From assembly GCA_964455555.1 (NCBI GenBank), contig CAYVXV010000004.1, positions 7,771 through 71,770 of the forward strand: a stretch of 64,000 nt of DNA, written 5' to 3'. Numbering within the stretch: the stretch's first letter is position 1; every line of letters starts with the position of its first letter. Shown here one piece after another: positions 17,819 to 27,073 of this stretch. Position numbers and translations under genes: made by a program. The notes under the pieces are model-generated. The model did no database searches. It saw only the letters and a program-made list of their open reading frames with translations, and was not told the DNA's origin. Source of the stretch: an uncultured Pseudomonadales bacterium (GTDB lineage Bacteria > Patescibacteriota > Microgenomatia > UBA1400 > PJMF01).

Positions 17819-18826
17819 ATGTCTGCCCTAGCCCTAGATATCGGTACTTATTCCATTAAAGCTTTAAGTGGCAAGCCCGGAAGAAATGTAACAGTTGAAA
17901 AAGTAGCCGAGGTTTTCAACAGCACCGGCTATTCCATGCCTTCAGATGATGCTTCGCTGGATAAGTTGGCTTCTTTGGTTGAAGCAGTGCTTAATGATTA
18001 TGGTCTTCCCCGCTCGGATGTTAGGTTAAGCCTGCCGGAATCTGTCATTTCCAGCAAAGTAATTGAAATTCCGCCGCTGTCAGATGCTGAACTAGCCTCT
18101 GCTATCAATTGGCAGGCGGAACAGCACATTCCTATTCCACCGGAAGAATTAGCCCTAGAGTACCAAGTTTTATACCGCCCGCAGAAAAAAGACAAAACCC
18201 CAATGCGTGTTTTACTGATTGGAGCCAGGAAACAGATGGTTGAGCGCTATGTTCAGGTTTTTCATGCCCTCGGCATTGAGCCCAGCCTAATTGAAACTCA
18301 GGGCATTGCCTTACTGAGGTCGCTTCAGTTTGATAAGACAGATCCCAATACACTAGTGGTAAATATGGGCGCCAGTACTATGGATCTAATCATGGTTTAT
18401 GCCGGTGAGTTTCAGTTTGTGATTTCTCATATGAACGGCGGCCAACTGCTTACACGCGCTCTTGAGCAAAGTGTAGGTTTGGATTCCCAGCAGGCTGAGC
18501 AGTACAAGCGCGCTTATGGACTTGATGCCTCTCAATTCCAAGGCAAAGTCAGTTCTGCCCTTCTGCCAGCAGTAAATATGCTAGTGGCTGAGCTTAAAAA
18601 ATCTGTTCAGTTTTTTGTTAACCAGCATCCGCAAGAAACAGTCCAGCGGGTGGTGTTGTCCGGCGGCACGGCTTCATTGCCGGGGTTGGTTCAGCATATT
18701 ACCAAAGAATTGGGCGCAGAGGTACTGGTGGCTGCTCCCTTTACTGGTATCGAAGGGCAAATTCCTGAAAACGTAAATCACGCCAGTATGGCAATTTGCA
18801 TGGGTCTTTTAATGAGAGAGCTCTAA
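17819..18826 (+). CDS. pilM: Type IV pilus assembly protein PilM (actin-like ATPase fold)
   Basis: N-terminus LALDIGTYSIKAL typical of PilM/FtsA-like proteins; 335 aa; followed by pilN and pilO. Confidence 0.85.
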   Translation: MSALALDIGTYSIKALSGKPGRNVTVEKVAEVFNSTGYSMPSDDASLDKLASLVEAVLNDYGLPRSDVRLSLPESVISSKVIEIPPLSDAELASAINWQAEQHIPIPPEELALEYQVLYRPQKKDKTPMRVLLIGARKQMVERYVQVFHALGIEPSLIETQGIALLRSLQFDKTDPNTLVVNMGASTMDLIMVYAGEFQFVISHMNGGQLLTRALEQSVGLDSQQAEQYKRAYGLDASQFQGKVSSALLPAVNMLVAELKKSVQFFVNQHPQETVQRVVLSGGTASLPGLVQHITKELGAEVLVAAPFTGIEGQIPENVNHASMAICMGLLMREL

Positions 18827-18829
18827 GAT

Positions 18830-19414
18830 ATGTCTACATCTATTAACTTTGTCAGCACTACCCGCAAGGAGCTGAGCAAGGTTCAACAGCAAGATCGGGT
18901 TTTCTTTCGCTATGCGCTTATGGCCGTAGCGGTGGTTTTTGCGTTTTTTCTTATAGCCCTGGCCGGCCGGCTCTTTTTTATGTTCCAGCTAAGAAGCGTA
19001 GAGACCAGGCAGGAGCAAACTAGGAATGCCATCATCAGCCACGAACAGCTGGAAGCCGACTATACGGTTTTTGTTCACAAACTCAAAGCGCTTGGCCAGC
19101 TTTTTGGCAAACGCAAAGAAAAGCAGGAGGCTTTGATTTTCTTTAGCGAAGTCTTTGGCCCCGATGTCGAAGTCAGCGGCATTGATTACACCAGCAGCAG
19201 GAGTGATCAGCTGATATTCTCCATTAGGGCGCCAAGTATTTTTGTTATTGAATCTGTTTTTGAAATTCTCAAGCGTGATGATGTGGTTTCCAGATACAAA
19301 GAGATTTCTAAAGACAACCTTAGGCGTGGCAATGACGGTTCTTACAACGCTCATTTAACGGTGACTTTCAAAGACGACTCTAATCCGTTTGCACAGGAAG
19401 TGACAGCGCAATGA
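18830..19414 (+). CDS. pilN: PilN-like inner-membrane pilus assembly protein
   Basis: Short cytoplasmic N-terminus, single TM (YALMAVAVVFAFFLIALAG), coiled-coil periplasmic part; position after pilM. Confidence 0.55.
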   Translation: MSTSINFVSTTRKELSKVQQQDRVFFRYALMAVAVVFAFFLIALAGRLFFMFQLRSVETRQEQTRNAIISHEQLEADYTVFVHKLKALGQLFGKRKEKQEALIFFSEVFGPDVEVSGIDYTSSRSDQLIFSIRAPSIFVIESVFEILKRDDVVSRYKEISKDNLRRGNDGSYNAHLTVTFKDDSNPFAQEVTAQ

Positions 19415-20202
19415 CACAAGCCAAAGACAAAAAACCATTCAATTTTTGGATATTTTGGAGGACCAGAAGCTTCTTGGTTTTTACCATTGGCATTGGCATA
19501 GGTGCTTTGTTATTGATCACTATGGGTGTATTGCCTCAGCTGCAGGCCATGGGTGATTTGCGCACAGATGTGAGCAGAAAGCGCCCGCAGTTGGAAAAAA
19601 TTGAACAGAAGCTGGCGCAGTTGGAAAATGTACGCTACACGCCGGAATTTTCTCAGGTTGATGTGATCAGCCGGGCGCTGCCGTCCAGAAAACCGCTCTT
19701 AGAACTGCTCACCAATTTAAATCTTGTTGCGGTTACAAAAGAAATTGAAATAGTCGAGTTTCAAATCAGTCCGGGAATTGTCGCTACTGATAGTGCTGAA
19801 CTGGCCGCTGGTGCCAGGAGGACGCCACTGCAGCAAGAAATTGCCGGTATTGACTCACTTGAACTAGCTGTTTCAGTTAAGGGACCCAGAGAAAATCTTC
19901 ATGAATTTCTTAACGAGATTGAGAAGATCTCCCCTTTTACTACCATTGTGAAGCTCTCAATTTCCTCAAGAAAAGAAGGTGAAACCGATGCCCGCGCAGA
20001 ACTGACGCTCAACACTTTTTTCTTTACCCAAGCCATTAAAACCACAGTCGATGCACCGCTGCCGGTGTTGGCAGATCAGGACCTTTTTGTTTTGAGCGAA
20101 CTGAGTTCATTTGAAATAAATGAATTGCCAGAACAGGGCGATATCACCGGCGGTGGCCTTGAAGACCTCTTTGGCGTCGACCCGATCGAGTTTTTAAACT
20201 AA
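19411..20202 (+). CDS. pilO: PilO-like pilus assembly protein
   Basis: Single TM followed by a coiled coil (QLEKIEQKLAQLEN); 4-nt overlap with pilN; order M-N-O. Confidence 0.5.
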   Translation: MTQAKDKKPFNFWIFWRTRSFLVFTIGIGIGALLLITMGVLPQLQAMGDLRTDVSRKRPQLEKIEQKLAQLENVRYTPEFSQVDVISRALPSRKPLLELLTNLNLVAVTKEIEIVEFQISPGIVATDSAELAAGARRTPLQQEIAGIDSLELAVSVKGPRENLHEFLNEIEKISPFTTIVKLSISSRKEGETDARAELTLNTFFFTQAIKTTVDAPLPVLADQDLFVLSELSSFEINELPEQGDITGGGLEDLFGVDPIEFLN

Positions 20203-20269
20203 AATTTCCGGCTGGATAATAATATAGGCACCACTTTTTTATAGTGGCTTGCGGAGTGGAGTTGCCGGC

Positions 20270-20500
20270 TTAGTCAGCAATAGTAATTTGAGCGTGAATA
20301 CCCTCTTTGAGCGCCCTGACCTTGCCGATACTCCTGATGGCGTGGATGACGGAGCCGCCTTTACCAATCACTCTGCCGATATCATCGGCGTGGACTTGAA
20401 TAACATAAGTTACCCCTCTGTCGCTGGTTTCTTCGGTAATTGAAACCTCTTCCGGATGTTCCACTAAGTGAATCAGGATATACTCTAAAAGGTTTTTCAT
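20270..20500 (-). CDS. KH-domain RNA-binding protein (YlqC/UPF0109 family)
   Basis: 76 aa; VIGKGGSVIHAIRSI KH motif; downstream of rpsP as in the conserved rpsP-ylqC synteny. Confidence 0.7.
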   Translation of the reverse strand: MKNLLEYILIHLVEHPEEVSITEETSDRGVTYVIQVHADDIGRVIGKGGSVIHAIRSIGKVRALKEGIHAQITIAD

Positions 20501-20576
20501 GGGCTCCTTTTTCTTGAGGCTAAACTAAGCCTCATTATTCTATGCTTTTTATGCAAATGAAAGCAAGAAAGCAAAA

Positions 20577-21047
20577 TTATTTTGCTTCTTCTGGCTCGGT
20601 TTCGTTGGCTGGTTCAGTGGTTGGTTCGGCAGTTGGTTCGGCTTCTGAATCTGCCTGAGCAGTCTCGGCAGTTTCATCTGGGGTTGCCTCAGTTTCAGGT
20701 GCTTCCTCAGCCGGAGCCTCTTCAGCCGGAGCTGCTGCAGCTTCTTTTTCAGCTGCTGCTTTAGCTTTAGCTTTTTTAGAAAGTTTTTTCTTTTTTTCTG
20801 GGAAAGGGTTGCCGGATTCATAGCGGGCTGCCAGGGCTGCCACAGTGTCTGTGGGCTGGGCGCCTTTGCTAATCCATTCCTTGTAGAGCTCAAGATTTAT
20901 TTCGAGCAGTTTTGGCTCCTGAGCCGGTGCATAATGACCGATTAGGTCAGTGTACTGGCCGTCGCGTTTGCTGCGGGCTTCATTTACAACAATCCGGTAA
21001 TGTGGCTGGTTCTTCTTGCCAAACCGGGCTAATTTAATTTTAAGCAT
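20577..21047 (-). CDS. rpsP: 30S ribosomal protein bS16 with about 70-aa A/E/P/T-rich C-terminal extension
   Basis: MLKIKLARFGKKNQPHYRIVVNEARSKRDGQYTDLIGHYAP matches bS16. Confidence 0.85.
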   Translation of the reverse strand: MLKIKLARFGKKNQPHYRIVVNEARSKRDGQYTDLIGHYAPAQEPKLLEINLELYKEWISKGAQPTDTVAALAARYESGNPFPEKKKKLSKKAKAKAAAEKEAAAAPAEEAPAEEAPETEATPDETAETAQADSEAEPTAEPTTEPANETEPEEAK

Positions 21048-21167
21048 GATGGCTTTGTCCTTTAATTATGGTAAAAGCTTGAGAGGAGCTTTTCCTATTA
21101 CTTTCTTTGTTCTGACAGAACAGCAATTATACGCTACGGACTTGGTTTTCTCAAGTTGTTTGCTGAA

Positions 21168-22832
21168 TTACAAATTTTGGAGATCTAGCCCGCGGCGTTG
21201 GGCTTCCAGCACATATCGGTTAGATTTCTCCTCCTCCCCTAATTCTAGGTAGTAGATTGCCAGGTTTCTGTAGGCGGCAGCTGAGTCGGGATTAACACTT
21301 AGAGCGTCTAGCCACATTCTAGCCGCTTCCTCTTTTTTGTCTCCATTTTTATAGAGTAGAGATCCGTAGTTGATTAGAGTATTTTCATAATATGGGTTAT
21401 GCTCCAGTTCTGTCAGGTAAGCCTCCTCTGCTTTTTTCAGTTCTCCCCTCTTTTCAAAAATCATCCCTAGATTGTTATAAACCATGCTCTCAGTAGGATT
21501 GAGTTTTAAGGCTTGTAAATACGAGGCTTCAGCCAAATCCAATTTACCGTCAAGGTAATAGATCGACCCTAGGTTTTTGTATGCTAAAGGATGGCTGGGA
21601 GAATTTTCTACTGCATTAAGCCAAAAACTCATCCGATTTTGAAAGACGCGGCTATGATTGAGGTTAACGGCTGCCAGCAATGGAAAAATTATCATCAAGG
21701 CCGGAAGAAGGTATCGCCTCCACCTTATCTGTTGGAGAAATTCAGCCATTATCAGCAGGACGCCGATCATCGGCACATAAAGGCGATGCTCCAGGAAATC
21801 TGCTTGGTACTCTATATTGGGCCTCACGAAGGCTGGCAGGAGAAAAGCCAGAAACCAAGCCGCACCAAACAGTGCCAGGTAGCGCCGTTTGCCAAGGGTG
21901 TAAACAAAAACAACCAGCAGCAAAGCTGCGGCCACGTATCCTGCTAAGAGCGGACTGTCTTGAATTGTCGGCAGGACTGATAAATTAGCCGGATAGAAGA
22001 ATTTGCCCAGATAAAGAAAAATTGCCGGAGAGTTGGAAATAATGGTTTTCATCACGGCATCCAGAGAATATCCTGTTGAATTTACCAGAGCTATGGACCT
22101 CAGCAAAAACCACATCATCAAAATCAAGATCCATGACAAACCGAGAAAATAAAATTTTAAACCCTCTTGTTTAACAGCTTTCAGAACCTGGGAGCGTTTT
22201 ATTGCCGCATAAATGCTTATCAGCGGCAATAGCACTAAAGCGCTTTCTTTAGTGAATAGCGCCAAGGCAAAGCAACCTGCGTGGGCCATTAGATTGCGGA
22301 TGGTAGGTTTGTTAAGAAAGCTCAGCCCAAAAATTATGGAGGCTAGGATAAAAACTGCCAAAAGCGAGTCGTTCCGCCCCGGTATCCAAGCTACTGCCTG
22401 TGATAAGACGGGATGGATGGCAAAAAGCAAGGACAAGGGAAAAGCTATCTGTTTGCGGTAACCAAACATTTTTAACATCAAGAACACTAGGGTTGTGGCA
22501 GCAGCATGCAAAAGTATATTGGAAAAGTGGTATGCCCAAGCCGCCCCTCCGCCAAAAAGAGTATCTATCATAAAAGAAACAATCAGCATTGGCCGGTAGT
22601 AAAAGGCGCTCAAAGGGTTAAAAAATACCTGGAGGGTAAAGGTTTTAAAAATATTGCCCATATCCCTTAGAAAATAGAGCCGCTCCAGAATTAGAACGTG
22701 GTCATCCAGATAGGTAAAACTAAAGAAAATTGTTTGGAAATAAAGGGCGAAAGCAATGCCTGCCAGCCAAAAATATGGCCGGTGACCCCTGAGAACTGTT
22801 TCATCTAAGAGGGTTTCAAGTTTTTTAAGCAT
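21168..22832 (-). CDS. Polytopic membrane protein with C-terminal TPR repeats (PMT/GT39-like glycosyltransferase-family architecture)
   Basis: About 10 TM helices in the N-terminal 380 aa; C-terminal TPR repeats (YKNLGSIYY, YNNLGMIF, YRNLAIYY). Confidence 0.5.
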   Translation of the reverse strand: MLKKLETLLDETVLRGHRPYFWLAGIAFALYFQTIFFSFTYLDDHVLILERLYFLRDMGNIFKTFTLQVFFNPLSAFYYRPMLIVSFMIDTLFGGGAAWAYHFSNILLHAAATTLVFLMLKMFGYRKQIAFPLSLLFAIHPVLSQAVAWIPGRNDSLLAVFILASIIFGLSFLNKPTIRNLMAHAGCFALALFTKESALVLLPLISIYAAIKRSQVLKAVKQEGLKFYFLGLSWILILMMWFLLRSIALVNSTGYSLDAVMKTIISNSPAIFLYLGKFFYPANLSVLPTIQDSPLLAGYVAAALLLVVFVYTLGKRRYLALFGAAWFLAFLLPAFVRPNIEYQADFLEHRLYVPMIGVLLIMAEFLQQIRWRRYLLPALMIIFPLLAAVNLNHSRVFQNRMSFWLNAVENSPSHPLAYKNLGSIYYLDGKLDLAEASYLQALKLNPTESMVYNNLGMIFEKRGELKKAEEAYLTELEHNPYYENTLINYGSLLYKNGDKKEEAARMWLDALSVNPDSAAAYRNLAIYYLELGEEEKSNRYVLEAQRRGLDLQNL

Positions 22833-22843
22833 TTTGTTTTGAG

Positions 22844-23500
22844 TTATTCAAATCGCTCAATGGCTTTTTGGGCAGCATCCTGCTGAGCCAACTGTTTGCT
22901 CCTGCCTACTCCCGACCCCATAACTTTGCCGTTGACAAGCACTCTGACCGTAAATTCTTTGTCATGGTCAGGGCCAACCTCTGTCACTACCTCGTAGACT
23001 GGAGTTTCAAAACCTTGAGCTTGGACCACTTCCTGAAGATGGCTTTTAGCATCTTTGTAGAGCCGGTTTTCAAGGATTTCATCAAAGCGGATAAATAACA
23101 CTTCGCTAAGGAAATCGGTCACTGCTTTGTAGCCTTGGTCAAGATAGAGGGCGCCAATTAGTGCTTCTGTGGTGTCGGCCAGCAGACCAGCATTTTCGCG
23201 GCCGCCGGTTGCCTCTTCACCGTTGCTCATGTAAATCATTTCCCCTGCCCCAAGATCCTTGGCAACTTCTGCCAAAGTTGTAGTTTTGACAAGGGCGCTT
23301 CTGTAAGCAGTCAGCAGTCCTTCTTGGACATCGGGATAGCGAGTATAGAGATATTCTGTAGTGGCCAATTCCAAAACAGCATCACCCAAAAATTCAAGCC
23401 GTTCATTGGATTCAGTAAATTCTGAACCTTCATTGAGGGCGCTTCGGTGGGTAAGAGCTGTTTTTAGCAGCTCCGGGTTAGTAAATTCAGGTAATTGCAT
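22844..23500 (-). CDS. rnc: Ribonuclease III
   Basis: RNase III signature ERLEFLGDAVLE; C-terminal dsRBD; 218 aa. Confidence 0.9.
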   Translation of the reverse strand: MQLPEFTNPELLKTALTHRSALNEGSEFTESNERLEFLGDAVLELATTEYLYTRYPDVQEGLLTAYRSALVKTTTLAEVAKDLGAGEMIYMSNGEEATGGRENAGLLADTTEALIGALYLDQGYKAVTDFLSEVLFIRFDEILENRLYKDAKSHLQEVVQAQGFETPVYEVVTEVGPDHDKEFTVRVLVNGKVMGSGVGRSKQLAQQDAAQKAIERFE

Positions 23501-23515
23501 GAGGTTTGCGGCCTT

Positions 23516-23791
23516 TTATCCAAGAATAGCTTCTTCTGTAGCAATAAGAACAAGCTCTTTGACGGTTGAAACTTCTTCTTCAATAAGTGATCTGGCATCT
23601 AGGTCTATTTCGAATTGTTTGTTTATTTCTGCAACAAGCCTCCTGAAATCAATGGGAGTAATTCCCAACTCTTCTTCTAGCTGGGTTTGGGGCATGATGT
23701 CAGCAATGTCATTGCCGGTTAGGTCTGCAATTATTTGCTGAACCTGCGCCATTACCTCTTCTTGGGATATGTTGTAAGTTGCCATGTTCAC
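23516..23791 (-). CDS. Acyl-carrier-protein-like protein lacking the conserved phosphopantetheine-attachment Ser
   Basis: Aligns to ACP along its whole length (LEEELGITPIDFRRLVAEINKQFEID vs E. coli [24 protein letters not shown]), with DSL replaced by TPI; conserved acpP-rnc synteny. Confidence 0.6.
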   Translation of the reverse strand: MNMATYNISQEEVMAQVQQIIADLTGNDIADIMPQTQLEEELGITPIDFRRLVAEINKQFEIDLDARSLIEEEVSTVKELVLIATEEAILG

Positions 23792-23809
23792 TCTCTAACA
23801 CTAATATGC

Positions 23810-24208
23810 TTAATCGTTATTCTCAAGTAGTAATTTAGCCAGGACACCATTCACAAAGCGGGAAGAGTTGTCGCTGCCAAACTCTTTTGCCAGTTCAACT
23901 GCCTCATTAATTAAAACCTTTTTTGGGGTTTTCTTGTGCTTGGCTTCAAAAAGAATCGAGCGCAAGATGGCAAGGTCGATTTTGTTGATGTCTGATAGCG
24001 GCCGCTCCGGCGCAACTGCCTGAATTTCTTTATCAAGCTCTTCTAAACTTTCCAGGATTTTTAATACAGGCGAACCTTGTTTGTCTGTTAAAGCATTTTG
24101 CAAGTTTCCAGCAGTAAAGGTACTGGCGAATAGGTCTTGCATAACCTGTATACGCCTTTGATGCCGTGGATCAACCTGTTTGGACATAGTGTCACTTGCC
24201 AGACTCAA
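23810..24208 (-). CDS. nusB: Transcription antitermination factor NusB
   Basis: 132 aa; RHQRRIQVMQDLFA N-terminal NusB motif. Confidence 0.75.
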   Translation of the reverse strand: MSLASDTMSKQVDPRHQRRIQVMQDLFASTFTAGNLQNALTDKQGSPVLKILESLEELDKEIQAVAPERPLSDINKIDLAILRSILFEAKHKKTPKKVLINEAVELAKEFGSDNSSRFVNGVLAKLLLENND

Positions 24209-24223
24209 AAATAATCTTAAGCT

Positions 24224-24532
24224 TTATTTCTTGTCTGATTTTCTCTTGCGAGTTGTAATTGTTGATTTTGCCGGAGCTGGTGCGATTTTCTGGGTTGCCT
24301 GAACTTTTGGCTTAGCCGTTGTTTTTGACTTTGCCTCAGCTTTTTTACTAGCGGAGGTGACGGTTTCTTTCTCTGAAGTTACACCGAGCAGCTGCAAAAA
24401 TTCAGCGACCATGCCCCGCTTGTGCAACGGAATAGCGTTGGTGCTTGTGTCTTTAGTTAAGGTTGGCCTATTGCCCTGGCGGCGCTTGCCGCGCTCCACT
24501 CTGGTAATCTTGTTTTTTGGTAGTGCTCCCAT
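24224..24532 (-). CDS. Hypothetical small basic protein (Lys/Ala/Thr-rich tail)
   Basis: 102 aa; very basic; low-complexity C-terminus; no family recognised. Confidence 0.35.
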   Translation of the reverse strand: MGALPKNKITRVERGKRRQGNRPTLTKDTSTNAIPLHKRGMVAEFLQLLGVTSEKETVTSASKKAEAKSKTTAKPKVQATQKIAPAPAKSTITTRKRKSDKK

Positions 24533-24680
24533 AGCAGCCTTCTTTCTTAATTTTGGTTGTGCTCTTGATGTTTGTTAGTATATCACTTATGTTGAAGCGA
24601 TTAAGAGGGTGATTGTAGCGTATATCAGGCAGAAATACAAGAAAATGGCCGGCAGCTGCGGATTTTTGTGCTGTTTTGGG

Positions 24681-26762
24681 CTAATTGGCTAAAGGTATGT
24701 CAGTTTCTATTGCTTCTTGAGTTGCAAAGAGCGGCTTCCATTCGGGCGGCAGCTTCTCAAAGATGGTTTGTGCTGTGCCGATTAATTCTATGTTAGCCCA
24801 AGAAGCAAACTCAAGGCTGGAAAAGCCGCTTTGAACAGTGCCAAAGATTTCTCCCGACCCGCGGTGCTGTAGATCTAGCTCGGCTAATTTGCGGCCATCG
24901 TGAATATCACTAAAGGCTTTGAGCCTTTTTTTGGCAAGTCCCGATGAAGTGCTGGTAAATAATAGACAGTAGCTCTCTTGTCCGGCCCGCCCCACCCTAC
25001 CCCGAAGCTGGTGCAGGCTGGCAAGGCCGAAGCGCTCCGATGACTCAATGACAATTATGTTGGCTTGCGGCAAATCCACACCCACCTCGACAATCGGTGT
25101 TGTAACCAAGATGTCTACTTGTCCGCTGTAGAGTTTTTTAATCACTGCCGCTTGGTCCTTTTTATTCATCCGGCCATGCAGCAGTTCAATCTCAGGCCTA
25201 TTCTTTTTAGAGCTTTTCGCAAAAAGATCAATTAATTCTGTGTGGCGCTCGCTGGCAGCAGCGACTTTTTCAAAAGCTTCATGGTCAGATGGATCGATAA
25301 ATGGGCAAACTACAAAAGCTTGCCCTCCGCTGCTGCCAAGTTCTCCGGCAATCCAGCTGTAGGCATCAGCGCGCTTGGATTCAGGGACCAGCCAAGTTTT
25401 GATTGGTTTGCGTCCTTCAGGCAGTTCATCTATATAGCTAACCTGAAGGTGGGAAAAAATTGTCAGCATCAGGCTACGCGGAATAGGTGTGGCCGACATG
25501 GTAAGAATGTGCGGCATTTTTTCCAAGTTGGTGGTCTCAGAACGTTGTTTTACCCCAAAGCGGTGTTGCTCATCATAGATTACTAAGCCCGGACTCAGTT
25601 CGGTGAGCCGGTTGATCACGGCGTGGGTGCCGATGACCAATTTTGCTTGGGCAGCCGAAGCCATTACAGTAGGTGTTTTTTCTACTGCTGCTTTTTTGCC
25701 CGCTGATTTTTTGGTTTGAGCTGTAATCAGCTCTACCGGCAATTTTGGGAACAGCGAGGCAAATGTTTGATAATGCTGCTCTGCCAAAATCTTTGTTGGA
25801 GCTATTAAGGCTGCGTTGAACCCGTTTTTGACAATCTGTTCTGCAGCGATTCCCGCCACCACGGTTTTTCCGGAGCCAACATCGCCAATGAGCAATCTAT
25901 TCATGGGCGTGGTGCTTTTAAGGTCGGCTAGGATTTCAGCTGTGGAGCGTTTTTGGGCTCCGGTTAGTTCAAAAGGCAGTGACTTGGGCAGAGGCAGCAT
26001 TTTTTCCAAGTCCATGCTTTTGCCATCCGCTGTTTGAAGTTCGATGGCTGGTGCAGAATGCATTCTTTTCCATTCTTCTTTGATTTGAGCAGACGCTTGC
26101 ATAATCTGCAAAAACTCTTCCAACGCCAAGCGCTCGCGCGCCGCAGCTACGTCCTCTATCTCGTCGGGAAAATGCAGGGTGCGGATTGCTGTTTTAAAAT
26201 CCGGGAGCTTAGAGAGATCCTCAGCTTCAATAATGCCTATGATGGGATCCGGAATAGAGAAAAGCTGGTCCAGAATATGTTTAAGCACCCTGCGCAGCGT
26301 TCCCTGCATTAGAGGCACCTTGCTTGAATATAGGGGTACCAGCCGGCCGGTGTGGAGTGTGTCTGCCTTGGCAGCCTCAAATTTCGGTTGGGTAATGTTT
26401 TTATACTTACTGCTGTATTTGCCGCTGAACAGGTACTCTTCTCCCCTCTTAAGATTACTTAAAACAAACTTATTGTTAAACCACATGAGCTTTAGTTTGC
26501 CGGTGTCATCGGTGACTAAAGCGGTTTGAATACTTCTGCCGTTGCGGTAGAACTGGTTGATATCAATCACTTTGGCTTGAAGCGTAATCAGTTCACCTTC
26601 AGGCAGATCGGCAATGGTTGAAAAATGGGAGCGGTCTTCGTATCTAAGTGGTAGCTGGAGGATTAAATCCCGGACTGTACTGATGCCCTGCTCTTGCAGT
26701 TTTTTATAAAGTGCCGGGCCGATGCCTCGCACTGCTGTCAGCTTAGTCTCCAGTGAGTACAT
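24681..26762 (-). CDS. recG: ATP-dependent DNA helicase RecG
   Basis: N-terminal wedge/HhH-like region; Walker A GDVGSGKT; DEQH box (YDEQHRFGV); 693 aa. Confidence 0.85.
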   Translation of the reverse strand: MYSLETKLTAVRGIGPALYKKLQEQGISTVRDLILQLPLRYEDRSHFSTIADLPEGELITLQAKVIDINQFYRNGRSIQTALVTDDTGKLKLMWFNNKFVLSNLKRGEEYLFSGKYSSKYKNITQPKFEAAKADTLHTGRLVPLYSSKVPLMQGTLRRVLKHILDQLFSIPDPIIGIIEAEDLSKLPDFKTAIRTLHFPDEIEDVAAARERLALEEFLQIMQASAQIKEEWKRMHSAPAIELQTADGKSMDLEKMLPLPKSLPFELTGAQKRSTAEILADLKSTTPMNRLLIGDVGSGKTVVAGIAAEQIVKNGFNAALIAPTKILAEQHYQTFASLFPKLPVELITAQTKKSAGKKAAVEKTPTVMASAAQAKLVIGTHAVINRLTELSPGLVIYDEQHRFGVKQRSETTNLEKMPHILTMSATPIPRSLMLTIFSHLQVSYIDELPEGRKPIKTWLVPESKRADAYSWIAGELGSSGGQAFVVCPFIDPSDHEAFEKVAAASERHTELIDLFAKSSKKNRPEIELLHGRMNKKDQAAVIKKLYSGQVDILVTTPIVEVGVDLPQANIIVIESSERFGLASLHQLRGRVGRAGQESYCLLFTSTSSGLAKKRLKAFSDIHDGRKLAELDLQHRGSGEIFGTVQSGFSSLEFASWANIELIGTAQTIFEKLPPEWKPLFATQEAIETDIPLAN

Positions 26763-26971
26763 GTGACCTAGTATAGTAACGTTTTTGGAAACTTTATAGT
26801 ATTAGAATGCCCAATCATAGAATATCAAATGATATCGAAAGCGATTAAATGACATCAAAAAAGGATTGGTACAGAGCGAAAATTATAAAACATTGAAATT
26901 TAGCAGTCAATAGGGGAAACTGCTAATGTCTTATAACGATTATTTTATCATTTAGGTGTAACAAATATGTA

Positions 26972-27073
26972 TCAGAGCAGGAATAAGACGCTCGCAAAAC
27001 TGCTGGCCACCATGCCAAAGATAAAAAGAATGGCAAATATTTTAATAATTATTTGAGTGTTTCTCTTTGTCAT
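26972..27073 (-). CDS. Putative unannotated 33-aa hydrophobic micro-protein (MTKRNTQIIIKIFAILFIFGMVASSFASVLFLL) immediately after tyrS
   Basis: ATG 1 nt after the tyrS stop; GGGAG 4 nt upstream; single predicted TM helix; below the ORF-track size cut-off. Confidence 0.25.
   Translation of the reverse strand: MTKRNTQIIIKIFAILFIFGMVASSFASVLFLL

Noticed and set aside
20549-20893. 114-aa minus-strand ORF rich in K/L/Q, plus plus-strand ORF 20582..20764
   Set aside because: Both lie entirely within the bS16 gene in other frames. They arise from the repetitive GC-skewed DNA that encodes the acidic bS16 tail.
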